Source: Gimesia sp. (lineage in GTDB: Bacteria > Planctomycetota > Planctomycetia > Planctomycetales > Planctomycetaceae). Taken from it: a stretch of DNA of 64,000 nucleotides. The stretch lies in the NCBI RefSeq assembly GCF_002706765.1, contig NZ_PAJV01000050.1; one strand, written 5' to 3'. This document shows, in pieces, positions 19,764 to 31,376 of the stretch. Below the pieces are notes generated by a model, which was not told the origin of the DNA, searched no databases, and saw nothing but the letters and a program-made list of their open reading frames with translations. Position 1 is the stretch's first letter; each line of letters opens with the position of its first letter. The position numbers and the translations under genes are program-made.

Positions 19764-20657
19764 CTACGTCGCAATTTTGTCCTGTGTTTCCGGAAAACCG
19801 AGTGCATCGAAAATCCGTTTGCAGGCCTGTGAACGATTCAGGACATAAAAGTGAATCCCGGGTACGCCCACTTCCATCAACTGTTCGCACTGGCGGATCG
19901 CATAGTTCACGCCAATCTCAAACTGGGCATCCAGATCATCCTGCACTGCTTCCAGTTGACCCACCAGGTCGGCGGGGAATTCGGAGCTGCACATCGACAT
20001 GATCCGCTGAATACGGCGGTACTCGGTAATCGGCATAATTCCGGGGATGATCGGCCGATTGATGCCTGCCTGCTGACAGCGTTCGCGAAATTGATAAAAA
20101 TGTTCATTGTTGAAAAACAGCTGCGTATAAATCGCATCTGCTCCGGCGTCGACTTTCCGTTTGAGGTTTGTCAGATCGAAGGCGGAGTCCGATGCCTCGG
20201 GGTGACATTCCGGATAGCCGGCAACGCCGATCCCCATGTCGGGAAAGTGCTGGCGAATCAGACTCACCAGCTCATTGGCATATTTCAGCCCCCCATCAGC
20301 GGGAACAAATGTTTCCTGGCCGGCCGGTGGGTCTCCCCGCAAAGCCATGATGTTGGTGATGCCTGCATCGACGGCGTTGTGCAGCCATTCTACCAGTTCC
20401 TCCCGGGTCGAATTCACACAGGTGAAGTGAGCGGTCGCCGTATTATGCAGCTGGTCCTGAATCAGCGCACAGAGTTCGATAGTCCGTTTACTGGTGGACC
20501 CTCCCGCGCCGTAAGTGCAGGATACAAAAGCGGGTTGATAGCGAACCAGCTCTTCCAGCGTTTTAAACAGCTCTGCATCTCCGCTTTCATTACGGGGAGG
20601 AAAGATTTCCACAGAGAGGCCAAAAGTTCCATCCTGGTATAATTCACTGATTCGCAT
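19764..20657 (-). CDS. metF: 5,10-methylenetetrahydrofolate reductase
   Basis: 'SVEIFPP', 'SCTYGAGG', 'AHFTC', 'ALRGDPP', 'VAGYPECHPE', 'KRKVDAGAD..YTQLFF', 'GIHFYVLN'. Confidence 0.97.
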   Translation of the reverse strand: MRISELYQDGTFGLSVEIFPPRNESGDAELFKTLEELVRYQPAFVSCTYGAGGSTSKRTIELCALIQDQLHNTATAHFTCVNSTREELVEWLHNAVDAGITNIMALRGDPPAGQETFVPADGGLKYANELVSLIRQHFPDMGIGVAGYPECHPEASDSAFDLTNLKRKVDAGADAIYTQLFFNNEHFYQFRERCQQAGINRPIIPGIMPITEYRRIQRIMSMCSSEFPADLVGQLEAVQDDLDAQFEIGVNYAIRQCEQLMEVGVPGIHFYVLNRSQACKRIFDALGFPETQDKIAT

Positions 20658-20776
20658 TTTGTTTTCTTGTCTTCAGAGGGTTTAAATTCGCACGCCGGGT
20701 TCTAGAATAACTGAGACCCGGGCAAGCATAGTGTATAAATTATGTGTTTTGCAGGTCAACAAACCTGTATTTTCTA

Positions 20777-20805
20777 TTGCCAGCCCGGTTCGTATTGCCT
20801 ATCTT
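20777..20805 (+). promoter_or_regulatory. Putative sigma70 promoter facing ahcY
   Basis: TTGCCA (20777-20782) - 17 nt - TATCTT (20800-20805). Confidence 0.5.
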
Positions 20806-21158
20806 GCAGTCAGGGTAATCACCTTTGATTTCAGACTCCGACGAGGGCAGTTTATGCTTCCTGAATTACAGGAGGCAACAGCGATCTCCGGCTTTCCCTG
20901 ACTCAGAGTTGAATGTCTTCAAATGGAAGACACCGTTGAGACAGAGAAGTAACTCTATTTCATTACATAATAGTCGATTATGCTGTTTCTGGTCAGTGTG
21001 ATTTTTCTCCTCTCAAGTAAAACAGCTATAAAAAATGATTCAAGTTGCCAGTGCTTTGCCAAGCTGCAAATTGAGGTTCGGGAGTGTCGTTTACGTGCTC
21101 CGTTGTTGCACTCTCGTGATATTTATCGACCCAAAATTTAAAAATGACACTCCACTAG

Positions 21159-22541
<1,383 letters not shown>

Positions 22542-22572
22542 GAGCGAACGTACTCTGAAAACCGTATTTTGC

Positions 22573-22620
22573 AAAACCCTCCCGATCACGATTCTTCGTG
22601 GTCCGGAGGGTTTGTTTTTT
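22573..22620 (+). terminator. Intrinsic terminator after ahcY
   Basis: AAACCCTCCCGATCACGA-ttct-TCGTGGTCCGGAGGGTTT followed by GTTTTTT. Confidence 0.8.
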
Positions 22621-22735
22621 GCGCCGGGGAAACTTTGATTGTTTCATCGCGGCGGAGTTTTTATAATCGCGGAACCTGACTGGCGTTATACCAGCTCCTG
22701 CAAAAACATTTCTTTGAACAGAGAAAGACTGCTTC

Positions 22736-23755
22736 ATGACTCACACCACTTCACGCCGCGACTTTCTGAAACAGACATCTGCTTTGACCGCCGGGCTCGC
22801 CTTTTCCAGCTGGACCGGATCCGCGCTGGCGATGTCTTCGCTGAATCAGAGTCTGTTTAAAATCTCGCTGGCTCAATGGTCTCTGCATCGCGCACTGCGT
22901 GGCGGAAAGCTGGATAACCTCGACTTTGCGAAAGTCACCAAAGAAGAGTTTGGCATCGATGCGGTGGAATATGTGAACCAGTTCTTCAAAGATAAAGCCG
23001 AAGATGAAAAATACCTGGCGGAAATGAACAAGCGGGCTGCAGATGTCGGCGTGAAAAACGTCTTGATCATGATCGACGGAGAAGGGGCGCTCGGCGATCC
23101 TGATGCAAAGAAGCGGACCCAGGCGATTGAAAATCATCACAAGTGGGTGACCGCTGCCAAAACACTCGGCTGTCATTCAATTCGTGTGAATGCCCGCAGC
23201 AACGGGAGTTATGAAGAGCAGCAGAAACTGGCCGCCGATGGCCTGCGTCGACTCACCGAATATGCCACGCCGTACGGCATCAACGTACTGGTGGAGAATC
23301 ATGGCGGCCTCTCGTCCAATGGTGCCTGGCTGGCGGGCGTGATGAAAATGGTCAACCTGCCCGAATGTGGAACGCTGCCCGACTTCGGAAATTTCGTACT
23401 CGATCGCAAAACCGGCGAAGAATATGATCGTTACCAGGGCGTGAAGGAGCTGATGCCCTACGCCAAAGCCGTCAGTGCCAAAACTCATGATTTCAACAAA
23501 GAGGGAGAGGAAATCCATACCGACTACCGGAAGATGATGCAGATCGTCCTCGACGCCGGCTACCACGGATATGTGGGAATTGAATACGAGGGCAAGGAAC
23601 TCGATGAATACGCGGGCATCAAAGCCAGCAAAAAGCTCTTGCTCAAAGTCCGTGAAGAACTGACTCCGGAAGAGACTGCCGATCCCTGCTGCCCTCAGGA
23701 AGGTTACTATGCTCCCCGACGTGGTCTGTTCCGTCGTCGTCTGTTTCGCAGATAA
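22736..23755 (+). CDS. Tat-exported sugar phosphate isomerase/epimerase (AP-endonuclease-2 TIM barrel)
   Basis: 'SRRDFLK' Tat motif; 'VENHGG', 'LPDFGNF', 'SAKTHDF', 'YVGIEYEG'. Confidence 0.88.
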   Translation: MTHTTSRRDFLKQTSALTAGLAFSSWTGSALAMSSLNQSLFKISLAQWSLHRALRGGKLDNLDFAKVTKEEFGIDAVEYVNQFFKDKAEDEKYLAEMNKRAADVGVKNVLIMIDGEGALGDPDAKKRTQAIENHHKWVTAAKTLGCHSIRVNARSNGSYEEQQKLAADGLRRLTEYATPYGINVLVENHGGLSSNGAWLAGVMKMVNLPECGTLPDFGNFVLDRKTGEEYDRYQGVKELMPYAKAVSAKTHDFNKEGEEIHTDYRKMMQIVLDAGYHGYVGIEYEGKELDEYAGIKASKKLLLKVREELTPEETADPCCPQEGYYAPRRGLFRRRLFRR

Positions 23756-23782
23756 GTCGCGGACGGCATACTACCTGATCCA

Positions 23783-23823
23783 AAAAAAACGCCCCAGTGT
23801 CGGAGTGACAACTGGGGCGTTTT
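23783..23823. terminator. Bidirectional intrinsic terminator
   Basis: AAAAAAAACGCCCCAGT-N-ACTGGGGCGTTTT between convergent genes. Confidence 0.88.
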
Positions 23824-23839
23824 GTGTATCTCGCTTACG

Positions 23840-24886
23840 TTACGAAGCCCGATGGACCTTGGAGACATCGCGATCTGAAAGAATTTCTCGCGCGACGTCC
23901 GTTACAAAGTTATCTGCTCCCAGCCACTTTTCTTTTTTCGGAGCAGGGGCCCCGACATTCATTCCCACACCCGGATTCCATAAGGCGGGCAGGGTGTGTT
24001 TGATGGCTGACATATAGGTCGTGAAAACAGGATATTTCGTATCGGGATTGTCCGCCTGGTAATTATCCATCTTTTCCACAAGCTTATTATGTGCAATTTT
24101 GGGATGACGATGGTGAGGACCATGCACGAAAATATCAAAGTTAATGTAGGTACAGATGCGGGTAATCAGATTCGATCCGATCACGGTTCGGGTACCCAGC
24201 AGGGGATCATAACTCTGCATCCCCAGGTGTTCGGTATATTTACGGAAGGTCTGAATCACACTGGCGATCCAGTGAGGAATCACCCAGGCCATCAGGAATG
24301 GAACCCAGACGGAATACCAGGCAACGGCACCCAGAATACCTGCCCAGACGACCGCCATCACCGCGTATTCGATCCGCATCGTCTTCATCACTTTCGGGTT
24401 TTTGACCGGAGTCTTTCTGCTGAAGCAGAGGCGGCTGTAAACGAAGGGGGAAGTCACGAATCCAAGGGGAAGTTCCAGCCAGCAGAAAATGCGACGAAAC
24501 GTCAGGGACGTTGTAGGGTCAGAGTAAGGCCATAATTCCCAGTCACCCGGTTTATTCAGATAAGCGTGATGTCGGATATGGGCTTCGCGGTAGGCAGTGT
24601 AAGACACGAACAGCATCGTACCGATCGCACGACCCAGCCAGATACTTACCCAGGGCTTACCACAAATACCCTGATGTGATGTTTCATGGAAACAACTCGA
24701 CCAGCAGAACATGCTGTACGCGGCCACCAGCGTGCAGCCCACCACAAACGGCCAGGCTGTCGTAGGCCACTGCAGAGCCAGAGCCATGATGGCTGCGGAA
24801 CCAAACAGGGAATGTAAAAAACGGGGAGTTGTCGACTTTGTTTCGAGATCAGAAATCTCTTTTGCGGTAAAAAGTGTCACCGACAT
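23840..24886 (-). CDS. Membrane fatty-acid desaturase family protein
   Basis: Three His boxes: 'HETSH', 'HIRHH', 'HGPHHRH', plus TM segments. Confidence 0.9.
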   Translation of the reverse strand: MSVTLFTAKEISDLETKSTTPRFLHSLFGSAAIMALALQWPTTAWPFVVGCTLVAAYSMFCWSSCFHETSHQGICGKPWVSIWLGRAIGTMLFVSYTAYREAHIRHHAYLNKPGDWELWPYSDPTTSLTFRRIFCWLELPLGFVTSPFVYSRLCFSRKTPVKNPKVMKTMRIEYAVMAVVWAGILGAVAWYSVWVPFLMAWVIPHWIASVIQTFRKYTEHLGMQSYDPLLGTRTVIGSNLITRICTYINFDIFVHGPHHRHPKIAHNKLVEKMDNYQADNPDTKYPVFTTYMSAIKHTLPALWNPGVGMNVGAPAPKKEKWLGADNFVTDVAREILSDRDVSKVHRAS

Positions 24887-25206
24887 GGCACGTACCTCCT
24901 GGTTGTGCTCAAACTTTCAAAACGGATCGTTAAAATACGTATCGGAAAGTTGAGTCCATACACCATCAAGTGAAATGCAACATTTGGCCCAGATCACATT
25001 GAGACTCGGTAGCATCTGTCTAAGCTACCCATTCTTCCCGACTCTTTAACCATAAGTCGGAAATGGAGGTGATGCATAATTGAAACATGCAACAACAGAG
25101 GCAATTTGCACAAAGAGGGCATCTTCTACAGAATATATCGATTATAGCAGTTACACAGACTAATCGCGAGCATTTTTTGTTCCTGTGGACAAAATGAACC
25201 GAAAAA

Positions 25207-26712
25207 TTACTGCTTTTGAGAAGGGAGATAGAGGTAAGACTCGGGAAAGCGCTTTTTCGTCATCAAAATCGTCTTGGATTTGCCGCCATTCCAGATATCC
25301 CATTGAGGATCAGCATACCGGGAAAAAAACTGGTCCATGCGCTGTTTGAGTTTCTCTCTGGTCTGTTGGGAACCAGGCTGGTCGATCAGGTTACTGTGCT
25401 CCCGTGGATCAGCGACCAGATGATAGAGCTCATTCGGCGATTCGTGGTAGCGTTCGATGTACTTCCAGTCCTTTGTACGTATGGCACGTACATTTTCGAA
25501 TTCATAAAAGACGACTTCCGTCCAGGGAATTTGTTCTCCTTTGAGAACCGGTGCAAAATTACGACCCGGCGTCGCGGGCCTGGCGGGAATTTGATCCTGG
25601 AGCCCCAGATAGTTCAGCAACGTGGGATACACATCATAATTGGCTACCATCATTTCCTGCCGTGCTCCGGAAACGATTTTTCCCGGCTGAGAAAAGATGA
25701 GGGGAATCGTCATCGTCCAGTCAAAGGCCGTCAGCGGACGTGTGTGATCGCCCATGCCCCAGTAGCCACTGTGGCCACCTGACAATCCCTGGTCTGCCGT
25801 GAAAATCACCAGCGTATTCTCACGCAGGCCCAGGTCTTTGAGCGTCTGCATAATCTGGCCCACGCCGTCATCCACTGCAGATACTTCGGCGGCGTACTTG
25901 CGAATAATACCAAGGTCGCCAATCCAGTCGCCGTAATTGAAATTCCAGGGCTGAGCCTTTTCCCGGGGGAACGAAGGAAAGGTCATTGTTTCGTATTCCG
26001 CTTTGAACCGGTTGCGGATCGGTTCTTTCATCGCCGAACCTAATCCGTAAGGGCCGTTATAAGCCAAGAACAGAAAGAACGGCTTCTCCTGATTCTGCTT
26101 AATAAACCTGATTCCATGTTGAGTCCAGAGATCGGTCAGGTACGTCGGTTCCTTACGAATTTTTTCGTCTTCAATCACTTCCTGATCATAAAAACCGGAG
26201 CTGCTTCCATGTGGCTTGGTAATCCAGTAGGAAAAGCCTTCCTGCGGATGCAGGTTATCTCCCAGATGCCATTTTCCCGACAATCCACAGACGTAACCAG
26301 CGTCGTGCAACACCTGGGGAAGGGACTGGAATTCTTCGAGGGTGTTAAAGGAATCGGGACCGGTCTGAATCCGGGGCCTGAGATAACAGTGCACCCCGTG
26401 CTGGCAGGGCATCAGACCAGTCAGAAATGTGGCCCTGGTGGGCGAACAGACGGCGTTATTCGCAAACGCGTTGGTAAACAGTGTTCCCTCTTTCGCCAGC
26501 TGATCGATGTGTGGCGTTTTGATGTCCTTGTTACCGTAACAGCCCAGAGTCCACTCGCCGTGGTTGTCTGTCATGATGATCACAACGTTGGGACGCGCCT
26601 GTTCTGCCGCCACTAGTAGATCTGTGAAACTGAAATTCAGTAACAGCATCAGACTAAAACAGCAGGCAACAGAATATAACCGGCACATGATGGCAATCCT
26701 CCAGGATATCAA
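25207..26712 (-). CDS. Sulfatase (formylglycine-dependent), exported
   Basis: 'PNVVIIMTDNH', 'CSPTRATFLTG' (CxPxR), 'GKWHLG', 'FTADQG'. The start may be 26688. Confidence 0.95.
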   Translation of the reverse strand: MISWRIAIMCRLYSVACCFSLMLLLNFSFTDLLVAAEQARPNVVIIMTDNHGEWTLGCYGNKDIKTPHIDQLAKEGTLFTNAFANNAVCSPTRATFLTGLMPCQHGVHCYLRPRIQTGPDSFNTLEEFQSLPQVLHDAGYVCGLSGKWHLGDNLHPQEGFSYWITKPHGSSSGFYDQEVIEDEKIRKEPTYLTDLWTQHGIRFIKQNQEKPFFLFLAYNGPYGLGSAMKEPIRNRFKAEYETMTFPSFPREKAQPWNFNYGDWIGDLGIIRKYAAEVSAVDDGVGQIMQTLKDLGLRENTLVIFTADQGLSGGHSGYWGMGDHTRPLTAFDWTMTIPLIFSQPGKIVSGARQEMMVANYDVYPTLLNYLGLQDQIPARPATPGRNFAPVLKGEQIPWTEVVFYEFENVRAIRTKDWKYIERYHESPNELYHLVADPREHSNLIDQPGSQQTREKLKQRMDQFFSRYADPQWDIWNGGKSKTILMTKKRFPESYLYLPSQKQ

Positions 26713-26813
26713 TCAAATAGAACAAGGTTGATATCAAGCATGAATCATCGCCATCCGCTTTTCAAGCGGTACTCTTCTCACAGCTGCGTTTTTAGTGAAA
26801 AACGGAACACAGT

Positions 26814-27047
26814 CTAATAATGCGGGGGTTTGTCCTGCACCGGATCCGGTCCCTCGTCTTCTGCTTCCAGAGCTCCCAGACGCGAGTCCAGACGTTTCAG
26901 AGTCTTGCTCAATGAATCCACGCTGGTATTCTGCTGCAGCACCGCTTCGTTCAACTGTTCAACATCGTGCTGGAGGTGCATCAATATTGATTCCACCTGA
27001 GTCAAACGTGCGACCAGTTCTTCCAGACAGGAAGCCTTCTCAGTCAT
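26814..27047 (-). CDS. slyX: SlyX family protein
   Basis: Short coiled coil 'RLTQVESILMHLQHDVEQLNEAV..Q' ending in 'KPPHY'. Confidence 0.88.
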   Translation of the reverse strand: MTEKASCLEELVARLTQVESILMHLQHDVEQLNEAVLQQNTSVDSLSKTLKRLDSRLGALEAEDEGPDPVQDKPPHY

Positions 27048-27164
27048 GGTGAAAATCGCCTTTCAGGGAAGCTGCTTTTCCTATACAGTTTGAGAGTTAA
27101 AATACCACCTGGATTTTATTGCCTCGCGTTCGACTTTGAAACAACCTGACAGGTCCGATTCCCC

Positions 27165-28688
27165 ATGAATCCACGATTTCGGTCTTCCCTGCTGTTACTC
27201 GCATGTACTTCCGTCATTTTCTGCGGGCAAACTCTCCCATCGGAGGCTGCGGAAAATCGCTTCCAGGTGCGTTTCCTGAAATCAATTCATCCGCAGCCTT
27301 TCACGGGCCGTGTTTATCTGATTTTCACCCGATCCGGTCGTGAGCCGCGGCTGGGCCCTTCGTGGTTTCAGCCGGAATCCTTCATTGCCCGTGATGTGAC
27401 CAACTGGCAGCCAGGCGAAGTTCTCGACTTCCATCCCGAAACCGCGGATTTGCTCTCCTATCCGGATCCACTCGCGGAAATGAACCTGGCCGGGTATCGC
27501 GTACAGGCAGTCGCACGGTTTAACCCGACGGATCCCAAAATCGGTACGGCACCGGGCAATGGTTTCAGCCAGGTCATTCAGCTGACCGGCGCTTCCCCTG
27601 CACTCAATCCCCCACTCATCATTGATCAACTGGTACCGGAAAAACCGTTTACGGAAACAGCGTGGATCAAGTACTTCCGGATGCGCTCACCATTACTCTC
27701 CAAGTTTCATGGTCAGGATACAGGTTTCGAAGCCAGTGTGATTCTGCCACAAAGTTATTATCAGCAACCCAGGCGCACCTATCCGGTCATCTATTCCATT
27801 CCCGGCTTTGGCGGCGATCATCAGCGCAGCCTGCCACAGGCACCGATTGCCGAACAGAATGCAGGGGGCGTCGAATTTATCCGTGTGCATCTCAACCCGC
27901 AATGTCGCTGGGGACATCATGTCTTTGCCGATTCGGCCAACAATGGACCTGTAGGAAAAGCCTTCACCACGGAATTCTTACCCGAACTGGAAAAAGCATT
28001 TCGTGCCATTCCCCATTCGCGGGCCCGCTTTTTAACGGGACACTCTTCCGGGGGCTGGTCCTCTCTCTGGCTGCAGGTCACGTACCCCACCCTCTTTGGC
28101 GGCACCTGGAGTACTGCCCCTGATCCGGTTGACTTTCGCGACTTCCAGCAGATCAACATCTACGAACCGGGGAACAATGTCTATCGTGATAAAAACAACC
28201 AGCCCCGCCCGATTGCCCGCAGAGGAGGCCAGCCCATTCTCTGGTTTGAACCCTTCGCAAAAATGGAACAGGTGCTGGGGCCGGGCGGACAACTTCGTAG
28301 TTTTGAAGCAGTTTTCAGTCCTCGCGGAGCAGATGGTGAACCACTCAAACTCTATGATCGGGAAACCGGAGCGATCAACGCGCAAGTGGCAGAAGCCTGG
28401 CAAGCCTATGATATTCGTCTGATTCTGGAATCAAACTGGAAACAGCTGGCGCCGGAACTCGCGGGAAAAATTCATGTCTTTATGGGAGAGCAGGATACCT
28501 TCTACCTGAATGGCGCTACCCGGTTGCTCAAACAGGCTCTGGAACAACTCGATGCGGACGCTGTCGTGGAAATTCACCAGGGCAGAGACCATTCGAATCT
28601 GTTAACCCGTGATCTGATGCTGCGCATCCGCGCGGAAATGGTTCAGGCTTTTCTCAAGTATCAGGCGGAAATCCAGCCGGCAGAATAA
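27165..28688 (+). CDS. Exported alpha/beta hydrolase (putative esterase)
   Basis: Signal peptide; nucleophile elbow 'GHSSGG'; 'GEQDTFYL', 'GRDH'. Confidence 0.85.
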   Translation: MNPRFRSSLLLLACTSVIFCGQTLPSEAAENRFQVRFLKSIHPQPFTGRVYLIFTRSGREPRLGPSWFQPESFIARDVTNWQPGEVLDFHPETADLLSYPDPLAEMNLAGYRVQAVARFNPTDPKIGTAPGNGFSQVIQLTGASPALNPPLIIDQLVPEKPFTETAWIKYFRMRSPLLSKFHGQDTGFEASVILPQSYYQQPRRTYPVIYSIPGFGGDHQRSLPQAPIAEQNAGGVEFIRVHLNPQCRWGHHVFADSANNGPVGKAFTTEFLPELEKAFRAIPHSRARFLTGHSSGGWSSLWLQVTYPTLFGGTWSTAPDPVDFRDFQQINIYEPGNNVYRDKNNQPRPIARRGGQPILWFEPFAKMEQVLGPGGQLRSFEAVFSPRGADGEPLKLYDRETGAINAQVAEAWQAYDIRLILESNWKQLAPELAGKIHVFMGEQDTFYLNGATRLLKQALEQLDADAVVEIHQGRDHSNLLTRDLMLRIRAEMVQAFLKYQAEIQPAE

Positions 28689-28714
28689 CATCGCTTCAGC
28701 GGAAGGAACTCCTT

Positions 28715-29755
28715 TTAACTGCCGATGTAGCGGGCATAGATGGTCTTGGCGACCGAGGGATCATCGGTGCCCTTGATGATGGCCCTGCCATCACGGAACA
28801 GGCTGATTTCGTAATCGGGGTTTTTCAGATTCAGCCGCAGCAGGTAAGGGTTCACATCCACGCTGCCCGAGTTCTGAAGTTTGACAGCCAGCTCTTCAAA
28901 CACAATTTTCCCTTTGTCCGCAGGAGAAACCTGGACGGCATTGCGTCCGCAAAGTCGCGTGGTACGGGAACCCTGTTCTCCATTCAGCCAGATCCGTTCT
29001 CCCTGGTGGCAGGCTTTGCAGCCACTTTTCTCCCGCAGTTCGGCGACGCTCATCTGCCGTAACGTTCCTTCCCAGACATCCACCACCGTCAACACGGGTT
29101 TGATCTGCTCCACCTGACCGGAAAGCAGCTTGATGGCATCGACGGCTTCCAGCGAGGCAATCACATTGACGGTCGGACCCAGAATTCCTGCGGTATCACA
29201 GGTCTCGGTACTGCCTGGTTCAGGCGCAGAATCAATCAGGCACCGCAGACACGCCGTCTTGCCGGGCAGGATGGTCATTGTCTGGCCGGTACTGCCGATG
29301 CAGCCACAGTAAATCCAGGGAATGCCCAGCTCCAGCGAGACATCATTGATCAGGTAACGGACTTCAAAATTATCCGTTCCATCCAGCATCAGATCGACAT
29401 TTTCTGCCAATCCCAGAATGTTGGTATGATCGATGTCCTCCACCACCGCTTCAATTTGTACTTCGCTGTTGATTTTTTTGAGCTTTTCAACAGCCGCGAT
29501 TGCTTTGGGAAGTTTTGCGGCGACGTCGCTTTCATCAAACAGCACCTGTCGCTGCAGATTACTGATTTCGACGAAATCCCGGTCCACGATTTTCAGATGA
29601 CCGACGCCCGCTCTGACCAGCGTTTCTGCCAGCACGGTCCCCAGCGCGCCACAACCACATAACAGCACACTGCTCTGCATTAATCGTGTCTGGCCTGCTT
29701 CACCGAGTTCTGAAAAAAGCACCTGTCGACTGTAACGTTCTAATTCGGGTTTCAT
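28715..29755 (-). CDS. ThiF/MoeB-family adenylyltransferase
   Basis: 'RYSRQ', 'GCGALG', 'DRDFVEISNLQRQ', 'DGTDNF', CxxC pairs 'CLRC' and 'CKAC'; likely ATG at 29755. Confidence 0.92.
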   Translation of the reverse strand: MKPELERYSRQVLFSELGEAGQTRLMQSSVLLCGCGALGTVLAETLVRAGVGHLKIVDRDFVEISNLQRQVLFDESDVAAKLPKAIAAVEKLKKINSEVQIEAVVEDIDHTNILGLAENVDLMLDGTDNFEVRYLINDVSLELGIPWIYCGCIGSTGQTMTILPGKTACLRCLIDSAPEPGSTETCDTAGILGPTVNVIASLEAVDAIKLLSGQVEQIKPVLTVVDVWEGTLRQMSVAELREKSGCKACHQGERIWLNGEQGSRTTRLCGRNAVQVSPADKGKIVFEELAVKLQNSGSVDVNPYLLRLNLKNPDYEISLFRDGRAIIKGTDDPSVAKTIYARYIGS

Positions 29756-29929
29756 TGCCTGTCTGTCCATCTGGTTCGTGTGAATCTGGTTCACCACTAT
29801 TTTAGCAGGCCGACAGACGGAATACAGGTATCCGGACTCAGATCGAACAAGAACCCGTGCAGGCAGCAAAAAAGGCCTCGCCGCTCCCCGCAGCAAGACC
29901 TTTATCAGTTTCAGGAATCCCGTTCCGAT

Positions 29930-31099
29930 TCAGTCCAGGCTGATTTCCTGCAGGACTGAGACAAACTGTGGCTTGATCAGCCGATGCGTCGTATCAGTCC
30001 AGCCTTCGGAACTGACTTTCAACGTGATCTTCGGCTTGATCCAGGTCGCCACCTGGCTTGTTTTGACAAAGGGCTTTTTCTGTTTCAATTGGGGCAGACG
30101 ATTCTGCCATTCCAGTCGAATCTCTTCGGGAAGCTCGCTGCCTCGGATATAACCGGCATACACCAGCTGCTTATTGTAAGACGAAGCGATCAGTACGGCA
30201 TCAATGGTTCCATTGGGCAATGCCGAGTAACCCACCAGCAGGCAATCAAATTCCATTCTCGGAGCGGTCACGGGTTCTGCTACAGGCTCGGGCTTAGGTT
30301 CTTCCTGGGGTGCCGCTACGGCGGCCGCAGCAGCAGCTTTGGCGGCGGCTGCTTTTTTCGCTGCTGCTGCTGACTTTTCTTCTTCCGTTCCCCCGGCGAA
30401 GTCATTTAACGCGTCTTCCATATTGTTCGCGCCATCTTCGCCCTCTGCAGATTTGGCCTGATCAACGACGGAAGCCAGCAGATTCACGTTTGCTGTTTTT
30501 TTGACGCCCCAGTCTTTGAACAGGGAATTAAATTCGAATCCGCCGACGATCGCGAATGCACCGACGACCAGGGTCAACCCCCAGACTGCCAGATCCAGTT
30601 TCCAGACCCCTTTGGGAAAACGGTGTATCGCGGGTCGCCAGATTTTGAACGGTGTCATCACGATACTCAGGATGCTGAAATCCGCCGAGCGGGAAACCGC
30701 ATTTAAATAAGCGATAAAGTGACCAATTAAAAACATCATCAGACCGACGGTCGCCTGTGTGATCGTCCAGAGACAGAGCTGTCCCGGATCTTCGCAGTAG
30801 AAGCGTCCGCCGATACTCAAACCGATGGCAGCGATTGTCCCTGCTCCTGCCACCCAGCCCCAGGCGGGAATCAATTCCCAGATATTCTCAGGCTGTGGTG
30901 CTGGTTGCAAAGACTGCCCCTGCACATCGGATTGACCGACGCATTTCCCCAGCTTGGGGTAGTAACCGCATTGGGGACACCACGAAGAGAGTCCCCAGGG
31001 TTCAAAGGTGCCACATTCGGAGCAGGTCGGCTGCGTCTGTGACTGTGACTGCTGGAACTGTTGCAGAAGCTGGTCTGTATCTTGTCTTGTATCTGGCAT
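29930..31099 (-). CDS. Membrane protein with N-terminal Zn ribbon and C-terminal ATP-dependent DNA-ligase-like OB domain
   Basis: 'CSEC...WCPQCG', about 3-4 TM helices, Ala/Pro linker, then 'LLVGY..AVLIA..QLVYAGYI..PF..TWIKPKITLKV..WT..RLIKPQF'. Confidence 0.65.
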   Translation of the reverse strand: MPDTRQDTDQLLQQFQQSQSQTQPTCSECGTFEPWGLSSWCPQCGYYPKLGKCVGQSDVQGQSLQPAPQPENIWELIPAWGWVAGAGTIAAIGLSIGGRFYCEDPGQLCLWTITQATVGLMMFLIGHFIAYLNAVSRSADFSILSIVMTPFKIWRPAIHRFPKGVWKLDLAVWGLTLVVGAFAIVGGFEFNSLFKDWGVKKTANVNLLASVVDQAKSAEGEDGANNMEDALNDFAGGTEEEKSAAAAKKAAAAKAAAAAAVAAPQEEPKPEPVAEPVTAPRMEFDCLLVGYSALPNGTIDAVLIASSYNKQLVYAGYIRGSELPEEIRLEWQNRLPQLKQKKPFVKTSQVATWIKPKITLKVSSEGWTDTTHRLIKPQFVSVLQEISLD

Positions 31100-31376
31100 G
31101 GCTCAATGACTTTTTGAAGCAGGCGGAGTATGGAGTACGTAGATCAGCACAATTTGTGCGCGACTCCGAACCTTAGCTTACAAAACATCACATCAACACA
31201 TTTTGAATTCAATAAAACATGGCAGAGGAATGAAAAACTGCACACCCGACTCCAGACAATCCCTGCAACCCCTACAGGCAGACTGATAACGGAACGTAAA
31301 AAAATAAGCCGACGCACTTGAATGTACGTCGGCTTAATATTCGCATTGGATCGATCAATCAATCGACCGGGTCAGA

